From assembly GCA_021811405.1 (NCBI GenBank), contig JAJZOZ010000002.1, positions 1-59,978 of the forward strand: a stretch of DNA of 59,978 bases. The letters are read 5' to 3'. The position numbers and the translations under genes are program-made. The stretch comes from a bacterium (GTDB lineage: Bacteria > Elusimicrobiota > Elusimicrobia > Elusimicrobiales > UBA9959). Shown one piece after another: positions 54,371 through 59,978 of the stretch (positions within the stretch are counted from its first letter, which is position 1; each line of letters begins with the position of its first letter). Under the pieces are notes generated by a model, which was given only the letters and a program-made list of their open reading frames with translations, did not search any database and had not been told where the DNA came from.

Positions 54371-56938
54371 TCACCAGTTGAAATTCACCGTCACGGTCTG
54401 ATTGGGATTTACGGCCACCCCGAGGGATTGCTTGCGCGTGACGACGGGCACGGAGTTGCTCCACGTGGTGTACCACGCGTACACGTTATAGGAATAGCCT
54501 CCCTTCACCGAGATGCTGAAATTGCCCAGCGCGTTGCTGGAATCGGCGTAATAAACAGCCGTGCCGGAGCGCAGCGCGGAGGTTATGTCAGGGGGGGACG
54601 CTCCGGCGGCCAGCGTGGCCGTGGTCACGTATACCAGCACGCCCGTGGTTATGGCTTCGCTGCTCTTCGTTACCTGGCCCTCGACGGCGCCGAAGGCGTT
54701 GGCGATCGTGAACGTGGAGGAGAAGGTGGTGACGCCCGCGGTCACCGTGACGGTCTTGGAGGAGGGCGAGCAGCCCTCGCCGATTTCCAGCTGCGGCTGC
54801 ACGATGTAGGTGCCCGTGGAGATGCCCGTGCCCGAGATGGTGAAATAGCCGTCGTCGTCGCTGACGCCGCTGCCCTGCTCTACCCCGCCCTTGAGGCCCG
54901 CCACCGGTATGCCCGGCAGAGGGTCCACGCCGTTGGTCGTTATCTTGCCGCGGATGCGGCCTCCCTGGTAAAGCGCGAAATCCACGCCCTGGCGCGCTTC
55001 GCCAACACCTACGTTTATATCTGCGGAGGACAGCTCCACGTAACTGGGGCTGTAGCTCTGGTAATTGGCCCGTATGGAGACCACGCCGGCCTCCACCGGC
55101 AGCGTGTAGCGGCCGCTGGCGTTGGTGTAGACCGGAGAGGCGCCCGGCGCGTACATCTTTATGCTGGACAGGTTGTTGCCGAGCACGTCGGTCACTCTGC
55201 CGGTGATGTAACCGTATATGGTGGGGGAGGACATCACGTTGTAGCCGGACCAGGAGCTGTAGTTGCTGGTCGTGCCGCCGTAATAGGCGACGCTGGAGAA
55301 AGAGAGCCCGCTGGACATATAAACGGTCCAGCTGCCGGTAGAGACGGGGGAAACGTTATAGTAGCCCATCCAGGTGGCGGCAACTGGACTGGAGAGGCCG
55401 TCGTCCACGAAGACGATGGCGCCCTCGCCCGTGCTGCCGGTCACGCAGGTCTGCGTGTCGGTGCTGGTCCTGGGCGGCGCATAAGTCACCGTGGTGCACA
55501 TGACGTCGTAGTAGTTGTAGTTGGAATCGAAACAGCTGGCCTGGCCCGCGAGGACCTGGCCGAACCAGGTGTTGCGCAGGAAGGCCCTGTTGGGCTTCAT
55601 TCCGTGATCGATATTCTTCCAGCCCTGCCAGTAGAAGACCGGCCACATCTCGTACGAATCCGGGTATTGGTACGTTAATGCCACCGGATCGAAGTTCATC
55701 CAGCCCACCGTGTCGTACACCCTGGAGGTGACGTTGTTGCGCAGGGAGATGTACGCCGCTATATCGTCCACGGTTACAACGTCGTCCTGGTGGAGCCAGT
55801 CCCCGTTGGAGCTGTAGACGGCGTCGGCCTGCACGGTCACGCCGGCGGCCGTTACGGTCCCCGTGTTGGCGAACAGGTAATAATGATTGGGGACCAGCGT
55901 CGTGGTGCGGTAATCTATATCCGGGGTCACCACCGCACCGGTCTTTTCCTTGTAGGAGAAGTTGATCACCTCGTTGGCGCCGATGCCCAGGCCGGTGGCC
56001 ATGGTCCAGGTCCAGGTGGTGGGATTGTACACCTCTATCCATTCCGTGTCTCCGGTGGCGGTATTCGTGCTGCCTACCACGCCGCTTATCATCAGATGGT
56101 CCCCGGGAAGCATGGCGTAGCCGGAGATGCTGCCGGTGGACATCTGGGTGAGCGTGAAATCCTTGCCGGAAACAGTGGCGCCGTCGCCCACTCCGAACGA
56201 CGGCAGCACGGACGGGAAATAGAAGTTCTTGGTGGCCAGCAGGGTATAGGTGCCGGCGACTATGCTGAAGGAATAGTTCCCGGAAGCGTCCGACTCGCCG
56301 TAATAGGAAGGGTCCTCCTGTGCGCGGATTATCACGTCGGACACGTTGCCGCCGCCGGACTTATAGACGTGGCCGCTGATGGTGGCGCTCCTGTTGACCC
56401 GGGCCGGGTTCTCGCGGAGGTTGCGCACCTCCAGCTTGCGCCACTCGCCTCGCTCGTACCAGCAGACGTAGACCTTTATCTCCTTGAGCCCAGGGTCGGG
56501 GGAGTTCCAGCTCAGGTAGCTGAGGTTGCCGGACGGGTCCTCGGTCACCTTGCGGATGTATACCCGCCTGAGGAAGTTTATACCGCCGACGTTGACGGTC
56601 TCCTCGCCGTTGGGAGCCACGTCGTAGATCATCTCTCCGGCGGCGTAGTTGGGGTCGGAAGCGGAAGCCGTGGTGACCAGGACCCTGTAGTAGGACTTGT
56701 TCTTCAGGTACTCGATGCGCTCCTGGGCTATGTTGTTGGCCAGCGAGCGGGTCTTGGCCGACTGTATGCCCACGTTGAAGAACTTGAAAGCCCCCACCAT
56801 GCCCAGCACGCCTATGGTCATGATGACCATCGCGACCATCAGCTCGGTCAGCGTCATGCCGGGGCGCGGCCGCCCGCCGCGGGCCGCTGAGGCCCGCGGT
56901 TCCGCGGCTGGCTGTCCCGACATGGCTGCTGTACGCAT
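54371..56938 (-). CDS. Large (855 aa) PilV-like prepilin fused to CarboxypepD_reg-like and lamin-tail-like domains
   Basis: The N-terminus ..RPRPG/MTLTELMVAMVIMTIGVLG is a prepilin signal. ISGHVYKSGGGNVSDVIIRAQ..DASGNYSFSIVAGTYTLLA and several later repeats resemble carboxypeptidase-regulatory-like folds. GDTEWIEVYNPTTWTWTM...RVYDTVGW resembles an LTD. An alternative start is ATG 56923. Confidence 0.78.
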   Translation of the reverse strand: MRTAAMSGQPAAEPRASAARGGRPRPGMTLTELMVAMVIMTIGVLGMVGAFKFFNVGIQSAKTRSLANNIAQERIEYLKNKSYYRVLVTTASASDPNYAAGEMIYDVAPNGEETVNVGGINFLRRVYIRKVTEDPSGNLSYLSWNSPDPGLKEIKVYVCWYERGEWRKLEVRNLRENPARVNRSATISGHVYKSGGGNVSDVIIRAQEDPSYYGESDASGNYSFSIVAGTYTLLATKNFYFPSVLPSFGVGDGATVSGKDFTLTQMSTGSISGYAMLPGDHLMISGVVGSTNTATGDTEWIEVYNPTTWTWTMATGLGIGANEVINFSYKEKTGAVVTPDIDYRTTTLVPNHYYLFANTGTVTAAGVTVQADAVYSSNGDWLHQDDVVTVDDIAAYISLRNNVTSRVYDTVGWMNFDPVALTYQYPDSYEMWPVFYWQGWKNIDHGMKPNRAFLRNTWFGQVLAGQASCFDSNYNYYDVMCTTVTYAPPRTSTDTQTCVTGSTGEGAIVFVDDGLSSPVAATWMGYYNVSPVSTGSWTVYMSSGLSFSSVAYYGGTTSNYSSWSGYNVMSSPTIYGYITGRVTDVLGNNLSSIKMYAPGASPVYTNASGRYTLPVEAGVVSIRANYQSYSPSYVELSSADINVGVGEARQGVDFALYQGGRIRGKITTNGVDPLPGIPVAGLKGGVEQGSGVSDDDGYFTISGTGISTGTYIVQPQLEIGEGCSPSSKTVTVTAGVTTFSSTFTIANAFGAVEGQVTKSSEAITTGVLVYVTTATLAAGASPPDITSALRSGTAVYYADSSNALGNFSISVKGGYSYNVYAWYTTWSNSVPVVTRKQSLGVAVNPNQTVTVNFNW

Positions 56939-56950
56939 ATTCCCGGTTAT

Positions 56951-56979
56951 ATTATAATTCAGGCCCCTTCAGAAATAAC
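56951..56979 (-). promoter_or_regulatory. Candidate promoter for the pilin-like operon
   Basis: A perfect TATAAT on the minus strand (56956..56951) lies 12 nt upstream of ATG 56938. The -35 is weak (TTATTT at a 16-nt spacing). No Shine-Dalgarno sequence is present. Confidence 0.3.
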
Positions 56980-57012
56980 CTAAAAGGGCGTCAAATCCTG
57001 CGCAAATCCCGG

Positions 57013-57687
57013 TCAGGGATAGGCGCCGGGGGCGGCTTCGTCGGCGCCCTCGTCGGCGGCGGGCGGCTCCTCCGCGGCGGGAGCTTCCTCGGCCGCGGGC
57101 GCCTTGGCGGCGGCCGGCTTAGGGGCGGCCTTCTTCTTGACAGGCTTCTTCTTGGGCGCCTCGGAATCCACCATCACCCCCCCTTCCTCCTCAGCGGCGG
57201 CGGCCGGGGCCGCCTTCTTGCGCCTGACGAGACGCCTCTTCTTCACAGGCTTGGGAGCCTGCTCGTCCTCCGCCGCCGACGCGGCGGCGGCGGCCGGCTT
57301 CTTTTTGGCCTCCACCAGCGCGTCGAAGGACTCGCGCTGCTCGTCGTCCAGGTATTCGCGTATGGTGTCGGGGATCGAGGAACTGAGCTGCAGCATCTCG
57401 TGCCGGACCTCGTTGGCCTTGAGGCGCCATTTCTTCTCTTCCTCGGCGTTCCTGTCGTACTCCTTCATCAGCTTGTCGAAATCCGCGCTCTTCTTCTTGA
57501 GGGCGCCGGAGATGCGGTCCTCCTGCTTGGAGCTCAGCTTCAGCGAGGTGACCAGGTCGCTCATTATGGCCTGCGGGTCCGGCCTCTTCACCGGCTCCAG
57601 TATCTTAGGCCAGCCGTCGGCGTCCGTGCCCTGGCAATAGCCCGCGGCGGGCAGCAGCAGCAGCGCGGATATCAGCAGTTTCCTCAT
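57013..57687 (-). CDS. Secreted CpxP/Spy-like (LTxxQ-type) protein with a Lys/Ala/Pro/Glu-rich tail
   Basis: ATG 57687 (MRKLLISALLLLPAAGYCQG) has GGAGG 5 nt upstream. LKLSSKQEDRI and YLDDEQRESFDAL resemble LTxxQ repeats. The C-terminal ~100 aa are low complexity. Confidence 0.55.
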   Translation of the reverse strand: MRKLLISALLLLPAAGYCQGTDADGWPKILEPVKRPDPQAIMSDLVTSLKLSSKQEDRISGALKKKSADFDKLMKEYDRNAEEEKKWRLKANEVRHEMLQLSSSIPDTIREYLDDEQRESFDALVEAKKKPAAAAASAAEDEQAPKPVKKRRLVRRKKAAPAAAAEEEGGVMVDSEAPKKKPVKKKAAPKPAAAKAPAAEEAPAAEEPPAADEGADEAAPGAYP

Positions 57688-57709
57688 AAGACCTCCGTGG
57701 TATTCATGT

Positions 57710-58945
57710 TCATTCAACGAGATCCGCTATGGCCACCCGGCTGGTATGCTCGGTGCGGCCCCAGAGCTCGGTGCCCCTGAAGACCCCGGCTACGAAGACC
57801 GGCAGGCGCAGCAGGCTGAGCGCGGGCTGCAGGAAATAAGCGGCCAGCAGGCCGGGGCTAGCTCCCTCCAGCAGCAGCGCGGCGGCCGGGTACAGCAGCA
57901 AAGGCACCAGCGACAGCGCCTTCATGGCGTGCTCGGCCCCCGGCAGGGCCCCGTACAGCCAGACGAAAACGTTGAAAGAGTCCCGGCTGAACCAGAGCAG
58001 GCCGGCGGCCGCGGAGGCGGTGACGAACCGGAACGCCTGCGCGGAGTAGATGCCGCCTTCGAGGGCGCGCGGGTCGGCCTTGCCGAAGGCCCGCGCGAAA
58101 AGCCCCGGCAGGTGACGGCGCGCGGTGTCCAGCGAGCCGCGGGTCCAGCGGATGGTGCGGCAAAGGTACTGGGAGAGGTTCTCGGGCTCCTCGTCGTAGA
58201 CCACTGCCTCCCGCGACCAGCTTATGCGCACCCCGTGCCGGATCAGGCGCATCTGCATCTCGAGGTCCTCGGTGAGGCAGGTCTCGTCCCAGGGGAAGCG
58301 GCGCGCCACGTCGGCCGTAAAGCACATGCCCTTGCCGTGCAGCGTGGCGGACAGCCCCACGGCCTGCTTCGGCAGCTGGAAGAAGCGGTTGGTCACCAGG
58401 TGCCCGGCCGCGAGTATCCTGGAGATGAGCTTAGAGGTGTTCTTGGCGAGCTGGCGCCCCTGCACGGCCGCGGCGCCGGCCTCCAGCTCCGCGTCCATAG
58501 CGGCCAGGAAATCCGGGTGGGCCAGCGAGTCCGCGTCGAAATAGCAGAGAGCGTCGTAGCGGCCGGCCTCGAAGACCCGGGCGGTAGCCCATTTCAGGGC
58601 GCGGCCTTTGCCCGCCTTCAGCCCCGGGCCTGAATGGTCCAGCACGCGCGCCCCGGCCGCGGCCGCCGCGGCGGCGGTACCGTCGGAACAGTGGTCGGCT
58701 ATGACGTAGACGTCGAAAAGCTCCCGCGGATAGCGCAGCCGGAAGAGGCTCTCCACCGCGAAGCCTATGACCCCTTCCTCGTCGTGCGCCGGCACCAGCA
58801 GCGCGAAGCGCCGCTTCCCGCCGCCCGGGGCGGGGGCCTTCAGGCCCCGGAAGCCGCGGAAGCTCAGCAGGAGGTAGAAAAGCCCGCTCGCCGCCAGCAG
58901 CACCTGGACGAGGTTGGAGAGGATGACGACGGATAATTTTCCCAT
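57710..58945 (-). CDS. Family 2 glycosyltransferase (processive, membrane-integrated type)
   Basis: 411 aa. LVPAHDEE, YFDADS (DxD), TEDLE and RTIRWTRG (a Q/RxxRW-like motif), with N- and C-terminal TM segments. Confidence 0.88.
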   Translation of the reverse strand: MGKLSVVILSNLVQVLLAASGLFYLLLSFRGFRGLKAPAPGGGKRRFALLVPAHDEEGVIGFAVESLFRLRYPRELFDVYVIADHCSDGTAAAAAAAGARVLDHSGPGLKAGKGRALKWATARVFEAGRYDALCYFDADSLAHPDFLAAMDAELEAGAAAVQGRQLAKNTSKLISRILAAGHLVTNRFFQLPKQAVGLSATLHGKGMCFTADVARRFPWDETCLTEDLEMQMRLIRHGVRISWSREAVVYDEEPENLSQYLCRTIRWTRGSLDTARRHLPGLFARAFGKADPRALEGGIYSAQAFRFVTASAAAGLLWFSRDSFNVFVWLYGALPGAEHAMKALSLVPLLLYPAAALLLEGASPGLLAAYFLQPALSLLRLPVFVAGVFRGTELWGRTEHTSRVAIADLVE

Positions 58946-58987
58946 AGCGTCCCAGCCGGCTTACGGGGCCGGCTATGGATATCGTTA

Positions 58988-59017
58988 ATTATAACCATAT
59001 CTTGCCGGTCAAAGCAA
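58988..59017 (-). promoter_or_regulatory. Candidate promoter for the GT2 gene
   Basis: The minus strand reads TTGCTT (59017..59012), 18 nt, then TATAAT (58993..58988). The ~42-nt leader contains the hairpin AGCCGGC-N7-GCCGGCU. Confidence 0.35.
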
Positions 59018-59029
59018 CGAAACCCGCTG

Positions 59030-59059
59030 TTGACTAACCGCGACCTTGGGTGTTATATT
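59030..59059 (+). promoter_or_regulatory. Candidate extended -10 promoter giving a leaderless transcript
   Basis: TTGACT (59030..59035), 18 nt, then TGtTATATT (hexamer 59054..59059). Exactly 6 nt separate the -10 from ATG 59066. The TTG start of the track ORF is this -35 box. Confidence 0.45.
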
Positions 59060-59065
59060 ATCTCC

Positions 59066-59974
59066 ATGGAAGGCGAACCGAAGAAGGCCGGTTGGAAGAT
59101 CTGGCTGTACCTGACGCCCGTGTACGTCATCTTGGCCATACCGCTCATACTCTGGATGAAGAAGATCAACTCCAGCGACGTGGACCTGTCCAAGGACGAG
59201 TACAACGCCTTCAACGCCGAAAGCGGGAACGTCAAGACGCGCAGCGCCGAGGACTACAATCCAGGGCTGACCGACAGCGGCTACAACGTGAGGTATCGTT
59301 CCGACGGCGAGACCGGAGAGGAGCTCGGCGTCGGCGGTTCCATAGGCTCTTCCGGCCAGAAAGGCTCCGGGCCCGGATACTCCGGCGGCCAGGCGCCAGG
59401 CGCCGGCGGCCAGGGCTCCGGCCAGGCCGGAGACGGCCGGAGTACAGGCGGGCAGGGCGGGAATTACTCCCTGCCGCCAAACGAGGCCCAGGTGAAGGCC
59501 CAGACCGGAATGGGCTACCAGAAAGGCTACCTGACCACAGCGGTAAGCAAGGTCCTGGGCAGCCCCGCGGCGGTCAAGGCCCTGCTCAACAACAAATATA
59601 TAGTCAACGGCTTCATGTCGCGCGCCACGGTCAAGGCCGCCACCGGCAGCCCCGAGGGCCTGGCCAATTTCCTCAAGGGACCCGGCCCTTCCAATTTCAT
59701 CAATAACCCCGTGGTCAAGGCCGCCCTCAACAACCCGGCCATAGTCAGCGCCGTCGCCTCCAGCGGCCTGATAGGCGCCATGATGGACACCCCGGCCGCG
59801 AAGGCCCTGATGAACGATCCCGACAAGCTGGCCGACATCGTGAATTCCAACCCGCAGCTGATGCAGCTGGCCATGCAGAACCCGCAGACGCTCACCATGC
59901 TTATGGGCAACAAGGACGTCTCCGGCCTGATAGGCAGGTTCGACACCAGCAAGGTAAAGACCACCCCGTTCTGA
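59066..59974 (+). CDS. Membrane-anchored protein with a Gly-rich linker and STI1-like NP..(M/L)..NP repeats
   Basis: MEGEPKKAGWKIWLYLTPVYVILAIPLILWM (TM helix), a Gly/Ser/Gln-rich region, then NNPVVKAALNNPAIV, TPAAKALMNDPDKLADIVNSNPQLMQLAMQNPQTLTMLMGN. Confidence 0.72.
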   Translation: MEGEPKKAGWKIWLYLTPVYVILAIPLILWMKKINSSDVDLSKDEYNAFNAESGNVKTRSAEDYNPGLTDSGYNVRYRSDGETGEELGVGGSIGSSGQKGSGPGYSGGQAPGAGGQGSGQAGDGRSTGGQGGNYSLPPNEAQVKAQTGMGYQKGYLTTAVSKVLGSPAAVKALLNNKYIVNGFMSRATVKAATGSPEGLANFLKGPGPSNFINNPVVKAALNNPAIVSAVASSGLIGAMMDTPAAKALMNDPDKLADIVNSNPQLMQLAMQNPQTLTMLMGNKDVSGLIGRFDTSKVKTTPF

Positions 59975-59978
59975 GCCC

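Noticed and set aside
1-59978. Mobile elements, prophage, integrative island boundaries, and tRNA/rRNA genes.
   Set aside because: No integrase, transposase, phage structural or recombinase-like ORF was seen. No tRNA-like cloverleaf was noticed in the few intergenic gaps. The accessory locus has no obvious flanking direct repeats.

Overview
High-GC (roughly 65-70%) bacterial chromosomal window, coded almost entirely on the minus strand. No rRNA, tRNA, CRISPR array, transposase or integrase was seen. Many long ORFs in the six-frame track are antisense or off-frame artefacts of GC richness. The left part (1-13.5 kb) is housekeeping. It holds a partial secreted GH13 alpha-amylase, a small hypothetical ORF, RNase P RNA (rnpB), a COG1579 zinc-ribbon protein, metF, lepB and lepA. 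A long hpf-hprK-rapZ-PTS(EIIA/B/C/D, mannose family)-ptsH-ptsI operon follows, then a divergent plus-strand ABC-2 exporter pair (13.6-15.1 kb). The rest (15.1-56.9 kb) is one co-directional accessory locus and is the most interesting part. Read 5'->3' on the minus strand, it starts with a minor-pilin set: an 855-aa PilV-like pilin fused to CarboxypepD_reg-like and lamin-tail domains, a PilW-like pilin, and two tandem PilX-like paralogues. These are translationally coupled to a compact RiPP-like cassette: HprK-related kinase, PqqD, an unannotated 44-aa Cys-containing peptide ending in Ser, a mini S24/S26 peptidase, and a radical SAM/SPASM enzyme. Next come a structured intergenic leader, a cluster-less Rrf2 regulator, and one uninterrupted ~28.2 kb gene (19844..48052, ~9,400 aa). 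After it sit a 1,050-aa beta-propeller/FN3 protein with a T9SS-type C-terminal sorting domain and a PorV/PorQ-like outer-membrane barrel. The giant protein has a signal peptide, a unique N-terminal region and about 50 copies of a ~112-aa module. It also carries FN3-like domains, two W-rich propeller-like inserts, two lamin-tail domains and a C-terminal PQQ-like propeller. I propose, as inference only, that this is a type IV filament-associated giant adhesin system with an embedded peptide-maturation cassette. Smaller observations: a two-copy GC-rich palindromic intergenic element, two apparently leaderless plus-strand promoters, recent intragenic and tandem duplications, and compensatory changes in the RNase P P4 helix. 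The right edge holds a CpxP/Spy-like protein, a GT2 glycosyltransferase and a membrane protein with STI1-like repeats.
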